A stretch of DNA of 64,000 bases from a virus (taxonomy: Duplodnaviria; Heunggongvirae; Uroviricota; Caudoviricetes). This document shows positions 36,128 through 44,252 of this stretch, piece after piece. A program made the translations under genes and the position numbers. Location: the IMG/VR virus record IMGVR_UViG_3300024269_000002, one strand, 5' to 3'. Position 1 is the first letter of the stretch. Each line of letters opens with the position of its first letter. Below the pieces are notes generated by a model that searched no databases, was not told the DNA's origin, and saw only the letters and a program-made list of their open reading frames with translations.

Positions 36128-36462
36128 AAAAGAATATCAAGAATCTAAATCATGTGTGGATGATCTATCTGTATGATGTTGTTGTAGTCCTTGCATTTGT
36201 AGGACTTGCTATCTCGTTCACTAAGTGGTGGATTGCTCTTTTCGGGTTGCTGTTCATTATGACACCTTCCTATAAGAAAACAGAGTACTATCGTCTATGT
36301 GACAACTGTGGTAAGCGCAGCCCTGGTGCAGAAACTTACAATGATGCAATCGACAAGGCTGTTAGTTCTGGATGGCTTCATAGACCGAAAAAGCGCATTG
36401 ATGGTTCAGATAATTTCGAAGACTTCTGTCCGGACTGTAGACGAAAGTTGGGGTTATACTAA
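36124..36462 (+). CDS. membrane protein with C-terminal zinc ribbon
   Basis: Two TM helices; CDNCG...CPDC. Confidence 0.5.
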   Translation: MKKNIKNLNHVWMIYLYDVVVVLAFVGLAISFTKWWIALFGLLFIMTPSYKKTEYYRLCDNCGKRSPGAETYNDAIDKAVSSGWLHRPKKRIDGSDNFEDFCPDCRRKLGLY

Positions 36463-36665
36463 TGAAATCAGCTCGAGTAAGAAGTGACTACAGCACATCA
36501 AAGCTCAACATGCTACAAACAGACGATGGAGACATCATTCTGCAAGTTTACGGTAAGGATGAATTCCGTATTGCAACTTCTGGTGGTCAATATCATGGAG
36601 AACAACTAGCTAAGATTTGTAACAAGTTTAGTGAACTGATTGATTTGTTGAATGGAGATGCATAA
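36462..36665 (+). CDS. hypothetical small protein
   Basis: ATGA-coupled ORF. Confidence 0.4.
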   Translation: MKSARVRSDYSTSKLNMLQTDDGDIILQVYGKDEFRIATSGGQYHGEQLAKICNKFSELIDLLNGDA

Positions 36666-36893
36666 ATGGACAGAATAAGAGACATCACAGTTAGGGGCAG
36701 ATTTCATCCTGAGTGTCAAGGTTGTAAGAAACTTGTTCTAGAGCGAAACGGTTACGATGATGTCTGGAACTGTTGTTTTTATTTCCAGTGTGGTAATCAG
36801 TTAGCTCATTCTGGAAAATGCATCGGAACTGATAATCATGAAGAACCATTACCGCTGTTAAAGCAGGAGAGTGAATATGTCGGACACGCATGA
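36666..36893 (+). CDS. small Cys-rich protein
   Basis: CQGC...CCFYFQC. Confidence 0.4.
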   Translation: MDRIRDITVRGRFHPECQGCKKLVLERNGYDDVWNCCFYFQCGNQLAHSGKCIGTDNHEEPLPLLKQESEYVGHA

Positions 36894-37143
36894 ATTGAAA
36901 ATACTACCGCAATACTTTCAAGCTGTTTGGGATGGTAACAAAAACTTTGAATTACGAAAGAACGATCGAGATTACAAAGTTGGTGATTATCTTGTTCTAC
37001 GAGAGTATTCAGGCGCTGGATATACGGGTTCATTCCTGAAAGTGGTTATTACATACATCTTGAAAGATTGTCCTGAATATGGATTAAACAAGGATTACTG
37101 TATACTTGGTATCAGACGTACTAGTGGGTATGTAGTTGATTAA
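36886..37143 (+). CDS. ASCH-superfamily protein (DUF3850-like)
   Basis: HELKILPQYFQAVWDGNKNFELRKNDRDYKVGDYLVLRE matches the DUF3850/ASCH beta-barrel signature. Confidence 0.5.
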   Translation, partial: THELKILPQYFQAVWDGNKNFELRKNDRDYKVGDYLVLREYSGAGYTGSFLKVVITYILKDCPEYGLNKDYCILGIRRTSGYVVD

Positions 37144-37164
37144 ACAACAGTTATCTATTATAAT
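37136..37164 (+). promoter_or_regulatory. conserved promoter TTGATT-N17-TATAAT with AACAGTT
   Basis: gtagTTGATTaaacAACAGTTatctatTATAAT (near-identical to the promoter at 3451). Confidence 0.6.
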
Positions 37165-37196
37165 GTAAGTATAATAAATGACTGGAGGCACTACAT

Positions 37197-37379
37197 ATGC
37201 AACGCAGTGACATCATCTACCTCAGCATTCTGGACGGAACATGGCTCCTCCTTCTGTTGGAACACATTGTCCTCAATCTCGAGCTTGCTCTCCCTCTAGC
37301 AATCATCTGGGGCATCGGAACAATGCTATTCAACATCAAGGTCATTGCTAAGTATGCAATATCAGTTACATATGAATAA
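37197..37379 (+). CDS. small membrane protein
   Basis: GGAGG RBS; hydrophobic. Confidence 0.45.
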   Translation: MQRSDIIYLSILDGTWLLLLLEHIVLNLELALPLAIIWGIGTMLFNIKVIAKYAISVTYE

Positions 37380-37394
37380 ACAACAGTAAGATAA

Positions 37395-37430
37395 GAAGGC
37401 TGCAGTACAAGTTGCTGCAGCCTTTAACTG
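37395..37430 (+). terminator. terminator-like hairpin
   Basis: aaggctgcag/ctgcagcctt stem; weak U-tract. Confidence 0.45.
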
Positions 37431-37470
37431 TATATAAAATTATCAATAGAAAATAAAGAGGATTAAGAAG

Positions 37471-38088
37471 ATGAAAAAATTACAGTTTGAATCTACTGTA
37501 CATAAACAAAGATTCAGTCTTGGAATACTGTGTGGATTACTTCCAATACTTTGTGTGCTGTTCGGTTTCATGTCTTGCACTTGGGGAGGAAATCCTTGGG
37601 AGCTCCTGAACTCAATTTCTGAAACATACTATAGTAACCACAATGCCATTATGTTGATTGCTCTAGGACTTTGTGGATTCTTTCTATTTACATATGAAGG
37701 ATACGATCTTGGAGACAGAGTTCTAACAATCATTGCTGGAGCTGGAGCTCTCGGAGTTGCTTTCTTTCCTTGTGAATCCGTGGTGTCATCAACTCATGTT
37801 GGATTGTTAAGTTTACCTCTTTCTATCTCCAACATTCTCCACTTTACAAGTGCAGGAATGGTGTTCGGTGGATTTGCTCTAATGACTCTCACACAGTTTA
37901 CAAAAGGTAAAGATAGTAAAAGAAACAACCTCTATGTGATTTGTGGTGTCGTGATGTTGATTGCACTAATACTAGTTCCCATTAAGAGTATATTCAACTG
38001 GCCGGATTGGACTATGATGCTACTAGAGTTCTTCATGTTAGAAGCTTTCAGTGTTGCTTGGATTGTTAAGAGTAAAGTTAATCTGTAA
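37471..38088 (+). CDS. polytopic membrane protein
   Basis: At least five hydrophobic helices; AAAGAGGA RBS. Confidence 0.55.
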   Translation: MKKLQFESTVHKQRFSLGILCGLLPILCVLFGFMSCTWGGNPWELLNSISETYYSNHNAIMLIALGLCGFFLFTYEGYDLGDRVLTIIAGAGALGVAFFPCESVVSSTHVGLLSLPLSISNILHFTSAGMVFGGFALMTLTQFTKGKDSKRNNLYVICGVVMLIALILVPIKSIFNWPDWTMMLLEFFMLEAFSVAWIVKSKVNL

Positions 38089-38107
38089 AATTGATTTTGA
38101 ATAATAG

Positions 38108-38146
38108 GATGCACTCTCTGTTTCGAGAGTGCATTTTTTATTTTAC
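38108..38146 (+). terminator. rho-independent terminator
   Basis: gcactctc-tgtttc-gagagtgc stem followed by ATTTTTTATTTT. Confidence 0.8.
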
Positions 38147-38148
38147 AG

Positions 38149-38177
38149 TTGAATAATCTTACCTCATCATTTATAAT
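38149..38177 (+). promoter_or_regulatory. conserved promoter TTGAAT-N17-TATAAT
   Basis: acagTTGAATaatcttacctcatcattTATAAT. Confidence 0.55.
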
Positions 38178-38206
38178 AACAGTATAAATAAGAGGAGGTT
38201 ATGATC

Positions 38207-39406
38207 ATGACCTACACTATTCACTCTGTTCTTCTTGAGCGTTTCGAGAATAAGCTGAAGAGCTTCCAGCGTAAGTTCGCCAAGTATGGAGACGGAAAGC
38301 TCGTGTACTCCGTTTCCGAGCCATACATCTACGAGTTCGATGCTAACGTTGATGGCTCTATTGAGGCATTTGATGGCCGTGAAGTTATCGACATTACTGT
38401 CGAGGGTGAATACAAGATCAACGATTATGAGTTCGTTGCAGCTCTTCAGTTTGATTCTGAGTCTGGTCGTAACATCGTCAATGGCGGCAACGTTCCTGAG
38501 GAGTTCCTGACTCGGTGCGCTTGTGATCATTGTAAGACGAGTCGTGCTCGAGTTCGGACAATCATTCTTCGCAATGGCGATGAATACATCCAGGTCGGTA
38601 ATTCCTGTGTGAAGGATTACCTCGGTGTCAACATTGAGCGATATGCAAGTTATCTGAGCTTCTGGCATGATCTGGAGGAGTTGGAAGAGGACAACAAGAT
38701 GATGATTGTCTCCGCTCGTCCTGCTTATCTTGTTGAAGATGTGCTGTTGGAAACTGCGTGGCGTGTTGCTAAGTCTGGCTATGTCAGTAAGGAGAAGGCC
38801 TGGGAGTGGGAAGTTGATGCAACTTCTAGCGCTGTTTGGAATGCTCTCCATTCTCATATCAATCATGAGTACACCGATGAGCACAGAGCCGCTGTTGCAG
38901 CTGTTGTTGAATTTGTCAACAGTCAGGATGAAGACTTCGGTTATGTTTCTAATCTGAAGTCTCTGATCAACAACAAGTATGTTACTAACAAGAACTTCGG
39001 ATTGCTGGTTAGTTCCTTTGGATACTATGCTGCAGAGATGCGTAAACTGGAAAGAGAAAAGGCTGAACAAGTTACTGCTAATAGCCAGTGGATTAAATCT
39101 GTTGGTGAAAAGATTAAATTTGTTGCACAGCCTACTCTGATCTTCTCTATGGAAACTCAGTGGGGTTACTCTTACTTGTATAGATTCATCTTGGATGGCA
39201 ACGAGCTGATTTGGAAAACCGGAACTTGGCTGGACACTGACATCGAGTATGAAGTTTCTGGAACCATCAAAGCTCACAATGAATATCGTGGCAAGAAGCA
39301 GACTGAACTCACTCGTTGCAGAGTTAAAGAAATTGCTCGCAAGTTCAAGGAAGAGAAAGTTGACACTGATGTTTCTGAAACTCCTGATTGGTGGAACATG
39401 ATTTAA
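38207..39406 (+). CDS. hypothetical protein (about 400 aa), strongly codon-optimised
   Basis: GGAGG RBS 8 nt upstream of the ATG at 38207; high GC3/C-ending codons; an antisense 465-aa ORF was judged an artefact. Confidence 0.6.
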   Translation: MTYTIHSVLLERFENKLKSFQRKFAKYGDGKLVYSVSEPYIYEFDANVDGSIEAFDGREVIDITVEGEYKINDYEFVAALQFDSESGRNIVNGGNVPEEFLTRCACDHCKTSRARVRTIILRNGDEYIQVGNSCVKDYLGVNIERYASYLSFWHDLEELEEDNKMMIVSARPAYLVEDVLLETAWRVAKSGYVSKEKAWEWEVDATSSAVWNALHSHINHEYTDEHRAAVAAVVEFVNSQDEDFGYVSNLKSLINNKYVTNKNFGLLVSSFGYYAAEMRKLEREKAEQVTANSQWIKSVGEKIKFVAQPTLIFSMETQWGYSYLYRFILDGNELIWKTGTWLDTDIEYEVSGTIKAHNEYRGKKQTELTRCRVKEIARKFKEEKVDTDVSETPDWWNMI

Positions 39407-39469
39407 GTTGAACTTTCTTTCAGGATAAACAATAATTATATTGATAACATACTTAGGAGGCAACAAATC

Positions 39470-39820
39470 ATGTACGTTGACACTGACGGAATTGCGGAGC
39501 TCTTTATCGGATTTATCATAATTCTCGTAGTTGCATTCGTGATAGGCATTGTTCTCGGGATCGTTCAATGGGTTGGAAGCTATCCTTTAGAAGACACGAT
39601 GTTACAATGTGAAGTTGTACATCTCAACATTGTAGAGAACCGTTATGTTGTTACAATGTTGTGCGATGGTAACGGACTGAAAATCTACACTGACCTAGAT
39701 ACATATGCAAAGTTACATGTTGGTGATATGTGTGAAGTCTTACGAACTGGAAAGTATGTACCGCTTCAAGGTAATGTGTACAATTACAAGATTATGACAA
39801 TGAGGGAGGATAATGAATGA
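39470..39820 (+). CDS. small membrane protein
   Basis: N-terminal TM helix; GGAGG RBS. Confidence 0.5.
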   Translation: MYVDTDGIAELFIGFIIILVVAFVIGIVLGIVQWVGSYPLEDTMLQCEVVHLNIVENRYVVTMLCDGNGLKIYTDLDTYAKLHVGDMCEVLRTGKYVPLQGNVYNYKIMTMREDNE

Positions 39821-40056
39821 TGTTTATCGGAAGGGCTGTTCAGAAGGTTTTGAAAGAGTGGCGCAGTGAGTCAAGAAATCCTCACTTGTGTCTATACAAA
39901 GGTGATGGTGATACAATCATCATCTATACTGATCGACCGGGCTACATGATTGGTAAAGGTGGACAGCTTGTTGACAAGTATCGCAAGAAAATTTCAGAGG
40001 CATCTTTCGGCACTATCAAGAATGTCTCCTTTGTTGAAACTTACGGAATCTTCTAA
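39817..40056 (+). CDS. KH-domain RNA-binding protein
   Basis: GXXG loop in context RPGYMIGKGGQLVDKYRKKI (type-II KH / KH_4-like). Confidence 0.45.
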   Translation: MMFIGRAVQKVLKEWRSESRNPHLCLYKGDGDTIIIYTDRPGYMIGKGGQLVDKYRKKISEASFGTIKNVSFVETYGIF

Positions 40057-40065
40057 GGAGACAAG

Positions 40066-40191
40066 ATGGAAGCACTTATTTGGTGTTTAATATTCTTATC
40101 AATACTTTCAACACTTACAGTGCTCTCCTGTATGAAAGTTTCAGGAAAGTGCAGTGATGCGGAAGAAAAGAAGAAACAGGAGAAAGCATGA
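40066..40191 (+). CDS. small hydrophobic peptide (41 aa, below the track cutoff)
   Basis: ATG after AAGGAG; MEALIWCLIFLSILSTLTVLSCMKVS...; ATGA overlap with the next gene. Confidence 0.35.
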   Translation: MEALIWCLIFLSILSTLTVLSCMKVSGKCSDAEEKKKQEKA

Positions 40192-40937
40192 ACTGTCCAA
40201 TATGTAACAAAGAGTTGACTCTTATTGAGGGTCGAGACATTTTAGGAAACCCCAGATTTAACTATGTTTGTGAGTCCGAAGGAGCTCCTCACTTCATGAC
40301 GGATTCATATGCACGAAAGGAGGATGCTATGGCTGAGGTTGAGAGCGGAAACAGCTATTCAAAAACAAGTAATGAAGCGTACTGGAAGCACGGGAATAAT
40401 GACACTATATACTGTTCGCACTGCGCTGTAATTGTAGGAAAGGCTCCTACAGATGCAATGTATCGCAGTATTCTGGAAAATAACAAATTCTGTAAAAACT
40501 GCGGAAGATCTATGAAAGCGGAAGTAACTCCTCCGATCCGTGCTGAAGAAATTCCCAAAACAATCACTGTTGCAGAATATAACAAGATCTGGCACAAGAA
40601 GCACTCAAATGCTGAATCTTTCATAAAGCTGCTTGATAGTTCTGTTGCTAAATCGGGAGCTTATGATATTGTTATGCATCAGCTGAAGTGTATCGGCTGG
40701 CCCGAAGTTCAGCCTACACTACTTGCTGCCCTTGAAATGTATAAACAGATCATGAAATCGAAATGTGCAGGAAAAACTTGTCACACAGAATACCGTCAAG
40801 TGACTTTGTGTGAGAACTGTGGTAAGTGTTTAATGATTACCGATGATGGATGCATCTGCAAGGACCGGGGCGTAATGCCCATTGACGGATTCTGTAGCTA
40901 TGGTTACCCGAAGGAGCAAGATGGTTCAGCTAACTAA
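40188..40937 (+). CDS. multi-zinc-ribbon protein
   Basis: At least five CxxC pairs spread along 249 aa. Confidence 0.5.
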   Translation: MNCPICNKELTLIEGRDILGNPRFNYVCESEGAPHFMTDSYARKEDAMAEVESGNSYSKTSNEAYWKHGNNDTIYCSHCAVIVGKAPTDAMYRSILENNKFCKNCGRSMKAEVTPPIRAEEIPKTITVAEYNKIWHKKHSNAESFIKLLDSSVAKSGAYDIVMHQLKCIGWPEVQPTLLAALEMYKQIMKSKCAGKTCHTEYRQVTLCENCGKCLMITDDGCICKDRGVMPIDGFCSYGYPKEQDGSAN

Positions 40938-41238
40938 GGAAGAAACAATTCAGCAGCTTGCATGTGGGATATGCTCAGTTACAGCTAACCGAGGTGAGTG
41001 TACTGGCTGCTCTTTTGCAAAAAACAGCTCTTGTGAACATTTTAGAGCAGCTGAAATCTTGTACGCAAGAGGATTTCGTAAAACTGAAGAGTCTGTTACA
41101 GGAGAGTGGATCCGATGCAATGGACCAACATATTCGTACTTTCGATGTTCAATCTGCAATGATTGGCAGATGACACAGTTGCCTCGGTGTATGAAATGTA
41201 TGACAAAGATGCGAAATATAACGGAGTTTGAACTATGA
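40921..41238 (+). CDS. zinc-ribbon protein
   Basis: CGIC...CTGC...C..C...CSIC...C.KC. Confidence 0.45.
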   Translation: MVQLTKEETIQQLACGICSVTANRGECTGCSFAKNSSCEHFRAAEILYARGFRKTEESVTGEWIRCNGPTYSYFRCSICNDWQMTQLPRCMKCMTKMRNITEFEL

Positions 41239-41852
41239 TCAAGATAAGCACACGACTTGAAAAGATCAGCAAGTTCCTTGCACTTATTCTGAGACATAAG
41301 CCCGATGCAGCTGGCATAACGCTTGATAAACATGGGTGGGCGGATGTCAACGAACTCGTTCGAGGAATTCGAAGCACAAAAGATCCGACATTCACACACG
41401 ACGATTTGACACTCATTGTTGTCACTGACTCAAAAGGAAGATACTCCTTTGATGAGTCTGGAAAACGGATAAGAGCGAATCAAGGGCATTCAGTTGAAGT
41501 TGATGTTGAGTTAGAAGAGATTGAACCTCCGACATTATTGTATCATGGAACAGCCACAAAGTACATTGACTCCATTGAAGCTGAAGGCATCGTCTCAAAA
41601 TCTAGACTGTATGTACATCTTTCGGAAACAGTTAGTACTGCAACTGAAGTTGGTAAACGGCACGGCAAGCCTGTAGTTTACACAATCCACGCAAAAAAGA
41701 TGTTTGATCATGGTTACAAGTTCTATAAGTCTGTCAATGGTGTGTGGCTAACAGAAACAGTACCTACTGAATATTTTGGATACAAAATCTTTGATTGGAC
41801 AGGTGTTGAGGAAACAGATGAGATATACAACAAAAATCAGACTTCCAGTTGA
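41235..41852 (+). CDS. kptA: RNA 2'-phosphotransferase Tpt1/KptA
   Basis: SKFLALILRHKP...GWADV; KGRYSF...RIRANQGHS; LYHGT; VHLS; NGVWLTETVP. These are canonical Tpt1 motifs. Confidence 0.85.
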   Translation: MIKISTRLEKISKFLALILRHKPDAAGITLDKHGWADVNELVRGIRSTKDPTFTHDDLTLIVVTDSKGRYSFDESGKRIRANQGHSVEVDVELEEIEPPTLLYHGTATKYIDSIEAEGIVSKSRLYVHLSETVSTATEVGKRHGKPVVYTIHAKKMFDHGYKFYKSVNGVWLTETVPTEYFGYKIFDWTGVEETDEIYNKNQTSS

Positions 41853-42069
41853 AAAAAGCAACTTTCATTCCTACACGCTGAGCCACAATGTTGTTCAACA
41901 ACTACTTGAAATGCTGAGCAAAGAATCAAACATCGTTTCAGTTGAGTGGGAAAACGGTGATTGTATAGCTACAGTTGAGATACTGAGTCCTGTCACTCTT
42001 GAGCCAACTTATAGCTCTTTAGAACTATTTGTAAGGGATATTATCAACCAGAATTCTGGTAAAAACTGA
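41818..42069 (+). CDS. hypothetical small protein
   Basis: ATG inside the end of the kptA gene; ORF in track from 41776. Confidence 0.4.
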   Translation: MRYTTKIRLPVEKSNFHSYTLSHNVVQQLLEMLSKESNIVSVEWENGDCIATVEILSPVTLEPTYSSLELFVRDIINQNSGKN

Positions 42070-42153
42070 TACCTTGCTTATAGCACATTATCCTAACTAA
42101 TATAAATTATATATTGAATATTGCTCCTTGCACAACTTAAAGCACAAGGTAAC

Positions 42154-42188
42154 AAAGAGGTAGTTAACAGCTACCTCTTATTTTATAG
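42154..42188 (+). terminator. rho-independent terminator
   Basis: aagaggtag-ttaacag-ctacctctt stem followed by ATTTTAT. Confidence 0.75.
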
Positions 42189-42217
42189 TTGAATGATTAC
42201 AACTGTTATTTTATAAT
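42189..42217 (+). promoter_or_regulatory. conserved promoter TTGAAT-N17-TATAAT with AACTGTT
   Basis: atagTTGAATgattacAACTGTTattttTATAAT (near-identical to the promoter at 8375). Confidence 0.6.
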
Positions 42218-42245
42218 ATCAGTATAAAGATCAGGAGGTAACTTT

Positions 42246-42887
42246 ATGAAGTGGAACGTTATGGTCTGTGTTTTTGTTGTGAAACACGAAGGATGGGATC
42301 CTACAGCTACAAACATTTCTGACATGCTGTATGACTATCCTGGAATCACCGATTCATGGTTCACCTCTAAGCAGTCTGTCGATGAAGTTCATGAATGTAT
42401 GAACTTCACTGTTGTCGCAGATGAGATGCCGGTTGCTAAAAATCTGTTTGATGAGCTCAATCAACATTTCGATGTTAATCAGCTCGAGATTACTCGTGAA
42501 TGTTGGCACCTGAAACCGAACACACAGTTTCAGTGGACTAATCGAGGAGTCATTGTTTACTATGATGGTTCAGTGTATCATGAGGACTTCTGGGAATTCC
42601 GCATCAAGGGCTGTTCTGTATTCAACATTCTGTATATTCCCTCTTACACAAAGGGCTGGACGAAGGGCAAACGGGAGAAAGCTTTCGGCTCTGCATTGTA
42701 CTGTTGGGTAGGTCCTGCAGGTGGCAAAACTCCTTTAAGAGCACATTGCATTGATGACGCTCTGAAGGAATTTGAAGAGCTTTTTGAAAACATGACTCGT
42801 AACTCCATTCAGCAAACTGAAAGAAAACTTTCTGATCTAAAAACTGAGCTGGAAGATCTCACTAAGTGGAGAAGCAAGAAGGAGTGA
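42246..42887 (+). CDS. hypothetical protein upstream of dCMP deaminase
   Basis: GGAGG RBS; no recognisable motifs. Confidence 0.5.
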   Translation: MKWNVMVCVFVVKHEGWDPTATNISDMLYDYPGITDSWFTSKQSVDEVHECMNFTVVADEMPVAKNLFDELNQHFDVNQLEITRECWHLKPNTQFQWTNRGVIVYYDGSVYHEDFWEFRIKGCSVFNILYIPSYTKGWTKGKREKAFGSALYCWVGPAGGKTPLRAHCIDDALKEFEELFENMTRNSIQQTERKLSDLKTELEDLTKWRSKKE

Positions 42888-42890
42888 TTC

Positions 42891-43367
42891 TTGAAACGTA
42901 ACAACTACATCAACTGGGATGAATACTTCATGGGGATTGCGCTCTTAGCTGCAAACAGAAGTAAAGATCCAAACACACAAGTAGGCGCATGTATTGTATC
43001 TACTGATAACATCATTCTATCAACTGGATACAACGGTATGCCGAAGGGCTGCTCAGATGATGACTTTCCTTGGTCTCGAGAGGGCACAGAAACAAAGTAT
43101 CCTTATGTGGTACATGCTGAGCTGAACGCAATACTTAACTCGAATGGCAGAGACTTAACCAACAGTAGAATCTATGTTGCTCTCTTCCCTTGCAATGAAT
43201 GTGCAAAAGCAATCATCCAGAGTGGCATAAAAGAGGTAATCTACCTATCCGATAAATATGCTGACACTCCTGCGACAATCGCATCAAAGAGAATGCTAAC
43301 ATCTGCGGGTGTAACTTTCCGCCAGCTGGAATCAACTGTATCAAGTATAACTCTGAACTTCATGTAA
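42891..43367 (+). CDS. dCMP deaminase (ComEB-like)
   Basis: Zn-binding HAE (YVVHAELNAI) and PCNEC motifs; DWDEYFMGIA...RSKDP N-terminus; TTG start after AAGGAG. Confidence 0.85.
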   Translation: MKRNNYINWDEYFMGIALLAANRSKDPNTQVGACIVSTDNIILSTGYNGMPKGCSDDDFPWSREGTETKYPYVVHAELNAILNSNGRDLTNSRIYVALFPCNECAKAIIQSGIKEVIYLSDKYADTPATIASKRMLTSAGVTFRQLESTVSSITLNFM

Positions 43368-43371
43368 AACA

Positions 43372-43408
43372 AAAGTGAGTGACAGTAGCTTGTCACTCAC
43401 TTTTCTAG
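43372..43408 (+). terminator. rho-independent terminator
   Basis: agtgagtgacag/tgtcactcact stem followed by TTTTCT. Confidence 0.7.
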
Positions 43409-43411
43409 TAG

Positions 43412-43440
43412 TTGATAAAACAATTTGAACATAATACAAT
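43412..43440 (+). promoter_or_regulatory. promoter TTGATA-N17-TACAAT
   Basis: gtagTTGATAaaacaatttgaacataaTACAAT. Confidence 0.45.
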
Positions 43441-43512
43441 ATTGAGGCTGAACTATCAGTAAATTGTATATGTTAATATATGTATGTGTATTTTTACAGA
43501 TAAGAGGGATGA

Positions 43513-43875
43513 ATGAGTAACGCTGTAATTATTCGAGCTGAAAAGCGAACAAACTATTCTATCATGAATAATCAGATTGGACAGACTACAAATATTTCTT
43601 GTAGAGCTATTGGTCTTTATCATAAGTTAATGACGCTTCCGCCTCAATGGAACTATTCGATAAGTGGACTTGCTAAGATTTGCAAAGAGAGTGAAGCTAC
43701 TGTTCAATCAATGTTAAAAGAGTTACAAGAATTCGGATACATCGAAATCAACAAGAAGTACCCATCAAAAGAGACAGGTGGGCGTATTCAGTTCGAGTAC
43801 ATCATTCATGAAACTTCTATAGCGCCTGACAAGCTTGAGACATTTGTTGACTGGTCAAAGATAGCAAAAGACTGA
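43513..43875 (+). CDS. putative winged-helix DNA-binding protein (replication-initiator or regulator-like N-terminal domain)
   Basis: YSIMNNQIGQTTNISCRAIGLYHKLMTL resembles phage/plasmid Rep/DnaD-like N-terminal HTH domains; followed by a palindrome-rich AT tract. Confidence 0.4.
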   Translation: MSNAVIIRAEKRTNYSIMNNQIGQTTNISCRAIGLYHKLMTLPPQWNYSISGLAKICKESEATVQSMLKELQEFGYIEINKKYPSKETGGRIQFEYIIHETSIAPDKLETFVDWSKIAKD

Positions 43876-43967
43876 AATACAATCCCCCGAAAAACAATGG
43901 CTTGTATTACAACCGTTTGTATTTCTAGGGCAATATATTATATAATGATAAACTAAATAATATAAAT

Positions 43968-43996
43968 ATAATGTTATTATTACATAATAACATTAT
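43968..43996 (+). promoter_or_regulatory. perfect palindrome, 13-bp arms plus 3-nt spacer (ATAATGTTATTAT-tac-ATAATAACATTAT): operator or origin-like site
   Basis: Verified reverse-complement symmetry; sits in an AT-rich tract upstream of the 44031 and 44230 genes. Confidence 0.5.
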
Positions 43997-44030
43997 AGAG
44001 AGGGATGAACCCTCTCGAGGAGATAACTGA

Positions 44031-44252
44031 ATGTTTGATAAAATTGTTGAATCAATGTTACAGTTTAGTAATACATTCTGGATGTTGCTCTGTGTTCTTA
44101 TCTTTGCAATGACAGGTTCTTTTGAGGGTATGCTGATCAGTGGCGTGTTTGCTGTTGTAGTACTCATCATGGAGCTATTCAGTTGCATTCAGAGAGCAAA
44201 GAAAAATAAACGACGTAAGGAACGGACTCATGGAAATCAGAAAGTTACATGA
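44031..44252 (+). CDS. small membrane protein with basic tail
   Basis: GAGGAG RBS; two TM helices; KKNKRRKER tail. Confidence 0.5.
   Translation: MFDKIVESMLQFSNTFWMLLCVLIFAMTGSFEGMLISGVFAVVVLIMELFSCIQRAKKNKRRKERTHGNQKVT

Noticed and set aside
38171-39568. 465-aa ORF on the minus strand
   Set aside because: It is antisense to the codon-optimised + strand gene 38207-39406, which has a promoter, RBS and natural composition. The minus-strand translation is S/L/N-rich low-complexity, typical of antisense to a GC3-rich gene.
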